From contig OZ176054.1 in NCBI GenBank assembly GCA_964247055.1, forward strand, positions 3,534,001-3,598,000: a stretch of DNA of 64,000 nt. Direction: 5' to 3'. This document shows positions 1 through 14,500 of the stretch, piece by piece; positions within the stretch are counted from its first letter, which is position 1, and each line of letters opens with the position of its first letter. The position numbers were made by a program, and so were the translations under genes. The notes beneath the pieces are model-generated. The model was not told the origin of the DNA. It was given only the letters and a program-made list of their open reading frames with translations, and made no database searches. The DNA is from Paragordius varius (taxonomy: Eukaryota > Animalia > Nematomorpha).

Positions 1-1020
1 TCAAACCATGGCCAATATTTTCATCATAACGGGCACATGAATCTGTTGAATCCTCTTTTCTGAATGAAAATATAGAGTTTGCAAAATAAATCCATGTTAA
101 AATCAAATAAAAAATATTCAATTTGATTGATGTGGATAATTGCATTTTTTGGATTTTTGTCGTCAAAAAATATGTAAGATTAAATAAGAAAATGAAATTT
201 TAACACTAAAACCTGGTTTAAATTTTTTTTCCATAGGCAAACTTGAGTTTTCCTATATCGCATAATCAATCGTATTATATTACTGACAAAAAGGAAGTGT
301 TTGGAATGTATGTCGTGTACAGTTTATCACATATAATTTAATAATGATTTGAATTAACAATATAAATAATACAAAAAAATTTACTAAAATATATATTTTT
401 TTATCAATTTCATTATTTTTACAAAATCTGTAGTTAATAAAACCTAAATTAGGTCTATAAATTTATTTATCCAAATAGCCAAACCATTTTATTTGACATA
501 TATTTTATTGAAAACAAGTTAAAGATGTTCCGCTAAAATAAATAAGGTGTTTGGCACGCGGCCCTCAGTATGTGCGGTCGCGAAAAATTTGGAATCCATA
601 ATACTAGTAATTTCAAAATAAGTCTATCCGATTATCGAATGGAAAAAAATTGCTATATTTTGCTTAAATTAAACAGTTTTATGTGTAATATATAATAAAT
701 TAATTTTAGTAACACAAACAAGCCATTTAATTAAATTAGAATCACAAAAAGAGAATTATGAATGTACAAATAAATTACTTTTCCAGGTCTCTTTTGAATT
801 ATTAACACTTCATTAGGGTTTTGTATAACCCAGAGCGATTTAAAATTGAATATCTTAAAAAGTTTTTGAGATATTAACCCGAATGCAAAAATATGTTTTC
901 ATTAGCCTTTTAAGCGCATTGTACAAAATATTTTTTAAAAAAAAAACGTAAAAAAAATCATCATCTCAAACTTTTTTGCCACCATTTTTTTATAATTTTT
1001 TTTAAAATCGCTAACAGGCA

Positions 1021-1295
1021 CAGAGGTGTAGTTTGCATTTCTGGCGCCCGATGCATAAATCTGTGATGGCGCCCCTCTGCCCCTCCATGCGACCCCTTGC
1101 ATTTTAAAAAAATTCAAATTCAAACCGAGGTGATGACCATTCATAAATGCGTGATTTTTATGTTTTATTTAAAATAATAACTTTTAAATACCTATTTTTT
1201 TAAAATAAAAATAAAATTTTTATAAAATCTGGCTCCCTTTCAACTATGGCGCCCGGTGCATCTGCCTCCCTTTCCCGCCTCTAGCTACGCCTCTG
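1021..1295. mobile_element. hAT-type MITE (275 bp)
   Basis: Terminal inverted repeats CAGAGGTGTAGT / AGCTACGCCTCTG. Flanked by a perfect 8-bp target-site duplication AACAGGCA (1013-1020 and 1296-1303). An 8-bp TSD is typical of hAT elements. Confidence 0.85.
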
Positions 1296-4200
1296 AACAG
1301 GCAAATAAATGTACATTATGGTAGAAAATGTAAGTAATTAACTTTAGAAAGCTGTCAGGCTACATTTTTCCATCAAAAACTTGATATATTTTGATTTTAA
1401 CATCAGCTGTTATTTGAATCGTGTTTTGAAACTGTCCCAATTTTAGATTCTAGAAGTCACAAAATTAAAAAATATAAGCTTTTTTATCTAATACTTATAA
1501 ATTTTTAATAATTAATTTAACTAAAATAACTTTCAAACTACAGTTTATTTACAAAGTTGAGCATTGGGATACAAAATTACCACAAAAGGTAAACTAGGAT
1601 AAAAATAAGGTAAGGAAGTGTTAACAAAACTGTTATCGATTATCTTTGTCAAATTTTTTAACTTAGGAAATATGATTATAAGCATTATTATCAGGCATTA
1701 TTTATCGACCAGTCGAAAATCCATATAGATTTTAAGCTTTTAAATTAAATATTTTTTTATATAGACACACCAACTTATTTAAAACTTGATTTTCATATAA
1801 TATTTATTATATTTCCGATATTATATATATATATATTACGAATAAAAGCTGCGTTAACCCCGTAAGGAATTGTACACTTTTTTGAAAAATCAGAGAAATA
1901 ATTATATTTGCATTGAATTCTAAAATATACATGGCTAATTTTACGCGTCAAACCCCTGTAAAAGTTAAACATTTTAGCCAACAAAATCTTTTTAGTCGTT
2001 AGAAAAATTTTTGTTTGCATATATATATATATATATCCACCAATTTTAATAAGTGCTGTTTTTTACTGGATTTTTGTCCAAATTTAATTTTTAAAACATA
2101 GATTTAACATTAATGATAAAAACAACAAGGAATAATAATATTTTGTCAGTAGTTACCCTTCATTTTCGAAGGTTACGTAAAAAAACTTTTATAATTATAT
2201 ATTTACCCAAGCCCTGTCAAGCTTTACTGTGACTTAGTCGACAATATCCATTAGCAAATTGATATATTTTTATTCCCTTATAAACAGAAAAAAATTTAGT
2301 CATAAATTTTTATGTTTAGAGGCGTATTTATTATAAGATAAGACTCCAACCATGTGTGCATAATTCAATAAAACCTTTTGCTGAAAATTTGGGAAATAAC
2401 TGAAATCATTTTTGAATCCATATATTCCCATCCGTATTTCGATGCTTCCACGTTATTTTTAAACGGCCTTGAATTCTTGACGAAATTTTTTTTTAACAAT
2501 GACTCCATATGGTACATAAGCTTTCCAAAAGATGCGCCAAAGCCACATATTTTTAATATAGTGGCCTATTGAACAAAAAAAGCGGGTTCCAGGTGTTTAT
2601 ATAAAAAAATGCTCATCTATCTTATTACAAAAATAAAACCATTAGTGATTTTATATGGGTTTTTTTAAAATTAATAAATTAGTGTGTTTAATTGGTTACA
2701 GACATATAGGTGTCGCAAGAACCAAAATTTTGATATGAATACGATTTTCCAGATTTGGACAACGGTATAGTTAGCAATCTTTGATGGTGCATAATGGCAT
2801 CATTGCATTTGTCAAAAATACAATCTCGTATGTTTGGACTCTAATATTTATTGAATCCCATATGTTTATATTTGACATGCGGCCACCGGATATGTCGAAA
2901 AAATACGGCTTATTAAATTTTTATGTGGACCCCTGGTCTGAATAAATGAAGTGGCCGACTATAGTTGATGCATACATATTAAAAAAGACTTTTATATTCG
3001 AATGTGCCTACATGGGTTCCGAAATTTTGTTTCTGTTGGCTTGATTAGATTCCAAATGTTATATATCCCTATTACCAATCCGAAATCTGGTGCAAGAAAT
3101 AGTCGAAATTTTTATCAATTCATATCCTGGCAGATGCCAAAATATTTGGTATCCTTTTCAAACGATTGCACGCATGTCTTAAAATAGTTTGTTTATGTCA
3201 TTAATAGTTTATTCATTATTTTGCGTAAAATTTCCGGAATTTATTTTTTTAATATAAATGATATGTTTGTAAAGTCATTACTTTATTTTTTAGTTATAAA
3301 AGATATTATATTTGGTTGAATTTTAGATGATCACGTAAGCAAAAATTATAAATAAATATCTATTTTTTATTATACACAAAGCCTTATACTCAAACTAAAA
3401 ATTATATTTGTAATCTGTTGAATCTTCGTCAAAATGGGGCCTATCATAGAAAGTAGTATTCATCTGTAGGTTAAAAACTCAGTTTAATCAATTTCAACGC
3501 TTTCAGTGCGGGTTTTTACCTAAAATGGTTATGATTTTGAGCGATTATTCTAAAACGGGCCTTGATATTTTCTATTCGACGACAAAAAATTTTTCACATA
3601 AATCAATAAATGTTATGTATTTATTAATTATAATAATTTATGATAAATAGAAATGGGTTGTTGGTTCTTAAATGTCATGTGGGCGTTTGTTTGGAAGAAA
3701 CAATTATAAGGATGCTTGATATTTATTGCCATTGGCTGTGTATCATTGATACCTAACAGGTGGTTTTCTAGAGCTTACATGCAAATTAAATTGAGTTATA
3801 TAACATATTATTAATCCCTTTGATTTGAATTAAGTTCTGTTATCTAACACATAAACACTCATAAAAAGTTTTTATAAAATAAGCTATCGTGCAACAAACA
3901 CATAGGTACATGAGACAAGAGTACAATGAATGAATGGGTGCATGGCAACACAAAATAAAATATTGTAAAATGCTTTAATTGCATGTTGGTTGGTTGATTC
4001 AATGTATAAATAATAATAAGTTATATTGGTGTAATTTAATGTTGTACATAGAGTATATATTTATATATCACCCATATTTTAAATCACTTGGTAATTATTT
4101 TTGTAACTAAACATGGAGAATGTGAGTAAAACAAAATATTCATCTATCTAAGGACAATTTGACAATAACGTTACTACCATGGACATGCATACCTAGCCCT

Positions 4201-4723
4201 ATAAGGATTATAAAAATTTACACTAAAGATAAGAAAACGTAAATATAAATACAATACACTTTTATGTTGGTGAATTCACATTATTTTTGGCCGATTGGCA
4301 ATACCATAGCGTGTGAAATGGTTAGAATTAAACATTTTTTTCTTACCTTCCAACATTATTTACATTAAAAAAATTTATATATTTGCTTCTCTAGTTTTAT
4401 ATAAAATATAATTTTTTACATGTGAAGTGCATTCACACACATACCTTTTTATTTGCTTAATATTCTTAATTTTTATTAATAACGGAACTCTTTTTTGTGT
4501 CGAAACTAGTATATTTTTATCGTGTTTTATTATACTTTACCTATATATAAATTATTTTAATTTAATTTATTTGTTTATTTGGTTATGGACAAAATTTACT
4601 TTATATGAAACGCTAATGTAATACCGATTGGCCAACATAAATGTGGATACTCCAATTGTTTTATCAAATTATATTTTGACGACAAAAATATATAGGATAA
4701 AAATGAGCAAGGATCGCTTGCAT

Positions 4724-5460
4724 TTAATAAATAAATGGGCATGTTGCATACCTGGTAATCCTCCGGCTTACACGGAAATCTGGGCTATGGCCAGAATTTC
4801 TATTATCCGATACATCGCTTTTCGAATCTGATGAACTACTGGAACTATGTCGATGTCTCCTATTTTTTGACCGCTTACTTCGCCTGTGCCGTCGTTCCCT
4901 TGAAGATGAGTATGAGTAAGCATCTGAGGCCTTTGAATCATATGATTTTGGGCGACTATAACTAGGGGTTCGACGCAAAGAACGTTCTCGACTTCTATGT
5001 TTATATTTTCTTCGCCTTTTCCGTTCATCTTGATCCGAATCAGACGAGTAGCTGCTTCCACTGTAGCGTGATGCTAAAGTTTTAAACAATAACTAATTTA
5101 TTATTTTTAATTAAACTCACTCAAATATAGCACCTTATTAGTTTAGTTTAGACCTGAGAAGAATTCTGAAAATTTCATAAAGATAACTAAATATATACTA
5201 TTGTGACGGTGCCCGGATCTCTGAGATGCTGATGATCGGCTATAAGAACTACAGCTACACGAGGAAGAACATGAATATGAACCCGAACAAGAACAATTGC
5301 TACTGTGTCGATTGCCTGTAAACGTATTCAATAAATTTAACGTAAAGGGGAACAAAATCATTAAAAACCAATGGAAAAATTAAATTTAGTCCAAAATATT
5401 GTATTTTATGCATGGAAGAATGTCGTTTTAATCGTGCGTATATTAATAACAAATTATGAC

Positions 5461-5520
<60 letters not shown>

Positions 5521-8500
5521 AAAAAAGTTATATACTGTGATTCGAATATTTGCTGTCGTTTGAGCAGGATCGCCTAAGATTTTGACTTTTATCTTTTGCC
5601 TCTGAAATTTCAGTAATAGAGGAGGAAACACTACCATTGCGACTCCTAATTTCGGTGTTGCAAACTTTGTCACAGCCTCCAAGCTCATCATCCTTTATTG
5701 CACTTTTTTCATTTTTTGCACTTTAAAATGGAAATGTATACATATACATTTATTAAATATTTGATTAATATAGAAATATTTGCCTAAATACTTAATTCTT
5801 TTACATATGATCACAAAATTGATAAATATGGTATTTAACTGTTTTTTATCTTTTGGTTCCTCATATGCCGAGGACTCAGACGAATAGCTGTCACTAGAAA
5901 CAGACCGGGATCTTTGCCTTTCACCAATTTTCGGATTAGAAGCAACTAAAATACAATTTTAATAATTTAATTTTGAATAAAAATATTTCATTTCGGTGTA
6001 ATTTTTTAAAAAATAAATAAACGAGAATATTATCATTTGTTACCGGCATCGGTGGTTTCTAAAAAAACATCTTGATCTGCACATGCATCTAAGTATTTAA
6101 ATAAATATATAAATTCTAATCAAAAATATTATTGTTTATAACATTTACACCTCAGAATCCTTAAACACATCTGTAATACCCTTGAACAATTAAGATTCAC
6201 CCTTTAACAATTCAAATTTACACTAAAGATAATTCATCTGTTTTAGGGCTAATATTCTTCATTAATAAATATTTCTTTAGGGCATAGTTTATTTTTACTG
6301 TAAAATATGTTAATTTTAAACAGAATTTATTTTTTAAAAAATATTAAAAAGATAATTTTTGATATTCAAATTATTCATTTTTATAAGAGTGAATTGAAAT
6401 GTTTAAGAGTGAATCTTCACAGGGTGAATTTGAGGTTTGAATGGTATATATTGTCGGGGAATTCTTACAAATCTTTTCAGGCTGCTGTGCATTTTCACTT
6501 TTGTTTTGAAGTTCTTTTTCCCGATTAATTTGGTCATTCTCTTCATGATAGGATGAAAGTGAAGATTCTGAATATTTCCTACAACTTCTAAAAATCACAT
6601 AATGCAAATCATAAATTTTTTAAGCTATATTATACAAGGCCAATAATGGCGTTAAAAAAATTTGAAATTGAATGTATATCATTTCAATATACTTTTCCAC
6701 AGTTTCAAGTGATTCAGCACTTTTTTGCTTCACCGTAGAATGATCCGTGCTAAGGGCATCAATTAATCTAGATTCTTGCGTTATTGACATTAAAAATTTA
6801 TCGGCTGAACTTTCTCGAACATTGTCGGCTAAAATGATCCCGCTCTTTGCAGAATCACACACTGTTGTATCTTGGTTTGCGGTGTTTCGAGGTTCACTCA
6901 ACTTTTTAGCGTGAACTATTAGAGCCTGTTTGAGTTTTTGTCGCTCTTCAGACTCCTCATTCCCCTTTTGTAAATGAATCAAATCCTCAGGCGTTACTGG
7001 TTTAACGTTGTTTGTATTTAAAATGAGTGGGGCAGATTTGGCATATTTTTCGCATGGTTTAACCAACGAAATCGGTTTAAAGCTAAATCTATGGCGTCAT
7101 AGGAAAACAGAAAAATCATGCTTAGTATTGTATAGGATCTGGGTGTGTTTTAAATTTAAGCACACATTCATTAACAACATTATTTAACTTTGTTCAACTA
7201 TGAAACAATAATTAAATAGTTTGACTAGTTTTAAATTTAATATTTATATGGTAAGTCGATAATTTAAAAAAGGAAGTATCTATGGGTCAAATTTAATTGC
7301 AGAAGAACGTTTTTTAATTTCATAATATATTAAAAAAGTGATGATTCTCACAACTATTATTCAAACATAAATCCAAAACACATATTTGGCTAATTACGAT
7401 TTGTAAGTTTATATTTAAATCAAATAATATCATACTTTAATGAGGTATCTTGCTTGTTATTAGCTGATACTTCTGAGACATCTCCTTTGAGGTGATTAAA
7501 ATTGATTCTTTCGTCCAAATCTTGTGATTCAAACAATGTTACAGCTGATGCCTCACTGCTGAGCTCCGACGAGCTATCAGAGTAATTATTCAAAGTTTCA
7601 TTCTGTTTTGGATTTGAGACATCTGGTATTTTTTTAAAGGTGCCTTTGGCTCTCTGTACCTTGGTTCCAAGTTTTTTCGTTTTAATCTCATCCGGTTGTG
7701 TGGGAGATAAGGTATAGCGTTTAGGCATCTCTGAATGAGTTGTTAATGGCAAGGATACTGCACATTGATTGGTAACAGGCGGATTGGTTGAAGCTTCAAC
7801 ACTTATGCAGTTATCAGTTTTCTCGGGGCTTTCTGATCGTGCTCGCAAGATAATTTCCGTTTGATCATCATTTAAAACATCATCTTGAACAGTAGTTGTA
7901 TTAGTGGTCATGTCATTTTCGACACAGTTTTCCGAATTTTGTGATTCAATAGATGTGATTTTTAGTTCCTTGCTGCATAATGGTTTCGCATCCCCAATAT
8001 TATTACCATTATCCTGCATTAAGGTGTCATTTACCACCTTTTCTGTATTATTTAGCTCTATTTCATTATTATTGTTATTATGAATATTAGAGTTTCCTTT
8101 ATTTTCATGGTTTATGTTAATATCCGATTGGAGTTGATTTTGAGTATTTTTAATTTGACTAGAAGACCTTGTTTCTTTGACCTTATTCAATCGATCACCC
8201 TGACTAGTATTTTTATCCAACTCGTATTTTAAAGTAGTTTTACGCTCACGCATATCATTACCTGATCCAGATTCATTGGAAGAGGTGGATGAATTTGAAG
8301 AATTGCTTGAGTTGGAACGGCGTTTATTATCATTGGTACGATAAGGAATAAATTTACTGCGCTTAGTCGTAAAATAATTAAGTCTACGACGCTTTTGTTG
8401 ATTAGGTTTTTCCGGTGTATCATTTGTATCCAATTTTTTATACCGAGAATCGGACATTGTACTACTCCTACTTCCTCTCCTGCGCACATCATTCAGTGTT

Positions 8501-11500
8501 CTGTTCTGTCGTGCACTATGTCTTCTATCATCGGAGGAAGAATTATTCTTATGATGTCGACTAGGGGTATGGCTTAAACTTCTACTACGGCTCCTACTAA
8601 AACCATCCCTTTTACTACTTTCATACCTATGTTTGCCATAGATTTCTTCTCTTTCCCGCCATGTTCCTTCCTTACCAGACTTTTTAGCTAATTCACGCTC
8701 CATAACCCGTTCTCGACGAGCATAACGTTCTTCTTCAGATTGAAGGTTTTGTCGTTCGCGCTCCAATTCTGCCAGTTTATGTGCCAAATAATTGTCCAAT
8801 TTTTGGGCTTTAGCTCTTCGCTCCAAAGCTTTAGATGCAGTAAGACACCCATGTGTATCAACGTGTATGGGTGGTTTAATCATTAAATGCTCTTCCTCTG
8901 TTTCATCAAACAATTCATTTTGAATCGATTTTTTGCTGCCATGCTTAGAGTTATCGTCTGATACATTTTGTACCGTCTGACGTGATTTTTCAAAAGATCC
9001 GTCGTATACATCTTGGCAAACACTATTTAAATTTCCATCTTCATAACCATTAGGAATTGATTCGGTCGTTTCTATGGTATCATGCATATAATGCTTTAAT
9101 ATAGAATCGCAACCATTTGTGGCATAAGTGTTGTTAGCATCATATGCTTCGCTTTCCTCCTGGTATGATTCCAAATCGTTCTGTCCATTTTCGTCGGTTT
9201 GCAGTTCGTTTGTTTCCTCCGTCATACTAATTTTAGCAAGAGGCGCACTCTTTGATTCCCTACTTGGAGACTTCTCATTACATTTAACTTCCGATTTCGG
9301 TTTATCGCAAGAAAAGTCAATGGATTCTAAAACATTCGCATGATTATCAGTTTTGTTCTCTACATCTGTATTTTCACTTTCGTTGTGTGAGTCCACATCT
9401 TCCTTATCAGAACTGCTATTTTTGGATCTATCGCGAACAGCAGCGATCTTATTTAAAGCGAATTTATTGGATGATTTAGGGTTTTTAATTGACGATAAAT
9501 ATTTTAAATGTTTAAATAGGTCATTGGAAATGTTGTTATCACCATCATAATTGTTTGGAGTCGAATGGATAGTTTTTCCCTGATTATGTCGTTTATTATG
9601 CTTATAGTTTTTCCTTGAAAAATTAAGACCATTCTGATAGTTTACAAACTCCATAAAAGCTTGAAAAATATTTTTAATCTCCTTTTTTTCTTTGTCTTTC
9701 TTCTTCTTTTTTTCTAATGTTTAGAATGGATATTTGATTATTAATTATAACTAAATAGGACAAATAGTTTTAGCAAAATTTTAGTACCTTTCTTTCTTTT
9801 TTTGGGTTTTATTTTATAATTTTCTTGGAGAGTTTTCATAAAAGCTTCCATAAATGCACGGTTTTCATCCTTATATAAATTAGGTTTGGCATTATCAATG
9901 TCGGACGAGTCCTCATCTGAATAACTTGATGTTTGTTCATTCAATGAATAGCCAAGCTTGCTAAGGTTGGGTTTGTCACTATTTTCAATAAAAAATATAC
10001 ACATCATATGGCATTGTATTGTAAGATGTGACAAAATAAATCATATATCAACCTGCTGTTTAAAAGTTGTAAAATTTGGTTTTCCAAACCATCTACATTC
10101 TTGACTGCATTTTTGCCATGTTTCAAATCATCGTCAGTGTCACTGATATTAGCGTTATTGTGAAGCAGATTTTTAATGATAAAGGATTTTATTTTTTTGT
10201 CTTTCCGTTTTCTATTATATAAATATAATGGTTTATACCAGTGGTATCCAATATACATACGGTCCTATGAAATATTGTGTGGCCCGCGAAAAATTTGGAA
10301 ATTCATAATTTTCAAAAACTTGCTCCTAAAATCTTAGGGAAATGAGAATCCTTAAACAAATTTTATGAATAAATCTATCTTATTTGCAACGAACTAGAAA
10401 AATTGCTTTATTATGTTTGCGTTTTCAGACTTTTGTTTGAATTTTATTGAAATCTACATATATTCCGAATGCGTCCCGTGAAGCAATTTGTGTTGGACAC
10501 CCCTGGTTTATACTATATTATTAAAGTAAATTGAAAATATTTTCTAGAACAGAAAATAAATAAAAATTATGGGTAATCATGTTAAACATCTGTTTATTTT
10601 TTGGTCAAATGCATTATTTTGATTGAGATAATATAAGATAGGTTTTTCAAAATGAACATGGCATATGTCTATAATTTCCCAATGATTTGTGAACAAACCT
10701 TATTTGTTCAAAAAATTTAGAACTTTAAGGCCCACACTTGTGTACACTTAAAATCAGTGTAAATTTAATTGCTAAATCAAGAATTAGTTTTCTCGGTTAT
10801 ATGTAATGCTATAAAAAATAATTATTACCTCGGATTGGTATCATTCAATGAGGCGGGAATATCACTTTTCTTCCTACAAAATTAAAATGTAAGTGCTAAC
10901 AAACAAAAAAAACATTGATATTTCGCTAACCTTCATGTGATAGGTATGAATATCTGGAAGCATTATAGTATACAATAATAATTACATATTGTATATATAT
11001 ATATATATATATATAGCTTATTCAATGATCGATGATTTCAATTTTCAAAAAAAAAGATTCATTCTAACATTCAAAAATTAAAAGCTCTTGTACCTGTATT
11101 TAATATTCCAAATCAATAATTTATGTATGTATATTAGAATATACTTACCTCTGATGTTTTTCCTTTCTGCCTTTAGGTTTGTATTTCATTACAGATTGTA
11201 ACGATTTTTCTAGGATATTTCTGGACATAATATATTTTATATTATATTGTACAATAAAAATATGACTTGTAATAAGCCATAAAACGATCATAAAATTTAC
11301 TGTTTGGGTTTGCAGATGGGCCCGTCGCTTTCTGAGTCCTCTTCAATTATAATATTGTTGTCGTTTTTATCTTTAAGACTCCTTAATTCATGAAAAATAT
11401 ATATATTTTAAAAGGTTTCCTTAAACATTTTACACAATAAAAATACGAAAAATTAAATTTAGATAATACCTATAGTTATTAGTTATTAAATATATGCATA

Positions 11501-14500
11501 TTACTGTAATCATAATTTAAAAAATTCAATTTTTTAATTAGAAATCGAATCGTGGTAAAAATTTTTAAATGCAACAATTTACAAAATGATAGCTTTCAAA
11601 TTTGTGTTTTAACGCATCTATATTAGCTTAAAGCTGACTATTTGCATGAATCGCATAAAAGTTTAACAAACGTTCAAAAATGAGTCGTCCTAGGTAACAT
11701 TGTCTTTTTCACCAAAAACCTTAAAATTATCAAATTTAGGTCAACTTTGGTTAATTTAAGTATTCAAAGAATACTGCATACTTAAATTAACCTAGAAATT
11801 TAGGAGGAGTGCGCAAAGTTGTTAAACAAGAAGGCAGCGTGTTATCCATTGCCGAAAATTGTCAAAAACTACCTTATAAAATATAATCTCCATTTCGGAA
11901 AAGTTTTATAAACGCATCAAATAAACTAATTTTAAGAATTAAATTATAACCATGTGAGGAATACACAACATCCTTGCAATTTTTGATTAAGGCAAAATTA
12001 TAATATACCGTTTACAAGTCAAATTCACCCTTTAACAATTCAAATTCACCCTTAAACAATTCAGATTCACTCACCTTAAAATAAATTATGTGTTTCTTAA
12101 GATCAAAAATTATTTATATTTTTTTATATTTTCAAAAAATAAAATTTTGTTTAAAATTAAAATAATACTGAAAAAATAATAAACTAAGCCATAAAGATAT
12201 CAAGTTATATAAGCCCAAAAACACAATTATTTTTAGGTTGAATAATTGTTCAAGGGTAAATATAAATTGTACGAGGGTGAATTTGAATTGTTCAGGGCTG
12301 AATTTGAATTTTAAATGGTATATATAAAACTATAATGGTATAAAATTAAACATGCTTTTGATAGACTTACCCCATAACATATATAACCTAATCAAATATA
12401 ATTATTATTAAAATAATTATAACGAAAAGTGCATTTGATTATAAAATTAATCAAAAATGACGAAAATTTTCTAATAACATATATTATAAAAGTCGCCAAA
12501 AAATGATATTTGGGTTTTTACGTAAAGTTATAGTTGACAATCATTGTCCAGTATATAAAAATGATAAAATAATGAAATAATATTAAACCTTTGAAAATCT
12601 GGAATGCATTGTGTTATTTCTTCTTCTAAAATATAATAATATATATATATATATACTGATGAAAATTAAGATGTTAACAAATATTGAATTATTATTGATT
12701 GAAACGCCTCTATTTCTTAAAATTGGTATGAACTTTTATAAATAAAAAATAAATACAACCAAAATACTGAATCATTCCTATATATATTTAAATCCATTTT
12801 GAAAATGTATATGCAATTATTTACCTGATTGATAATGATGGTCTGCTTTGTGGAATGTTATGTCTTTAATCGATTCCTCTTCCAAATTCAAATCTTCTTG
12901 AGAAGCATGATTTAAAGAATCCTTGCGTTTTCGTTTATTGTGCATCATTTTTGAGGCAGCAGTCCGTTTTCGCAGATGTTGTCTTTTCCTATAGATAGTT
13001 TATGTCAACATTATTTCCGATGTAATAGGATCAGATCAATAATGGAATATTTATGTTTAAAACGCACAATGAAAACAAAAAAAGCATAGATAAAAGAATG
13101 CAGTTTTCTAAATATGGTGTGTGTTTGTAAGTGTGTGTGGTATATATAAAATAATACTTATTAGTCGTTTCAAAAAATCAATAATTTATAATACTCCTAC
13201 TGTTAACAAAGTTTATCAAAGTTGATCAATAATTAAATGAGAACACTTGTATAACAAGTGTGTTTGCCAGCCACAATGAAAAGTCATAATAATGAAAGTG
13301 ATTCCAAGATTTATTTTTTTATAAATCTTTTAAGGTTGGCTACCTGTGTAACTAGACAGGCACTTTTGCTTATATTTATCTCACTATTTTATTTTTTTAA
13401 TCCACAATTATCTTGTATTCTTAATTACAGTAACAGTGAAAGAATTTGGCAAATAGTTCAATTAAACGCCTTGAACTTAATGTCATTAATAAGCAAAGTG
13501 AGTTTAAGTACACCTATTCGCATGGAGAGACCCAATGCAATATTTAGACCTTTGATTAATTCAAATACTTTGTAATATTCGCTTCTCATAAACACTTTCT
13601 TAGCGAGTCCGTATGTCTCTAATGAATTCCTAGGTGGTAAAACTTAAAAAATAGAAAAAATTCAAGATAAAATATTTGACGTTATTTTAAACTCGGTTGG
13701 TCCTTAAACATTTCAAGTTGGTCCTTGAACACTTCAAGTTGGTCCTTTGACTTTTTTTATTTTGTTTACTTTATCATGCAAATCGTATATCATTCATCTA
13801 TTTTATCGTTTTTAACCTATTTTCTAATATTTAACATAAATATTAAATCAATATCAACTTGTAATCATTGAAAAACCGTATATCTTTAATTTCTTGAAAT
13901 TAATTTGGATATTTATAAGATTTTAACAGGTAAATAAATTATATAAGTTTTTTGGGTTATTATTCACAATTTTTCTTTGAAAAATTTAAAAGTTAATAAT
14001 TTTGTCAAATTGGAAAAAAATTAGTTTGAAACAAAAAAGTGGATTTTGAACAGAAATTTATATCTTAAAATGAAATATATAATAAATAAAGTTAATTAGA
14101 TAAAAAAAATAATAATATAAATAAATACATGCAAAAGTCATAATTTAATCAAAATTAAAAATTTAAAGGACCAACTTGAAGTGTTCAAGGACACTCTTGA
14201 AGTGCAAATGGTATAATATAATATATATTACTGTGTGCAAAAAAGAGGGTTAATTTTTTAAAAAAAAAATATTTTTTTATGAGATAGCTTATGACCAGTG
14301 AATTCATAATTTTAATTTGTTGACGACATAGTTTTGAAATATTAAGAGAAAATCGAAATCGGGAAAAAGGTGGAAATTAAGGATAATTCAAAAAAATGAT
14401 AAAAGTTCAGATGTTATGGATGATTATCATTTTAGGAGATATTTTCTATATATAAATAGCCGCCTAAAATATAAAACGCGCGCGCGTTCGACCCATCTAA

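Noticed and set aside
935-1144. 69-aa GC-richer ORF
   Set aside because: Runs across the hAT MITE boundary; composition is explained by the element.
8229-9550. Several ORFs overlapping the 744-aa ORF in other frames or strands
   Set aside because: Shadow ORFs of a low-complexity coding exon; no motifs or independent splice signals.
13695-13755. 21-bp direct repeats superficially like a CRISPR array
   Set aside because: Repeats are contiguous with no unique spacers, are mirrored at the other end of a MITE, and the context is eukaryotic.
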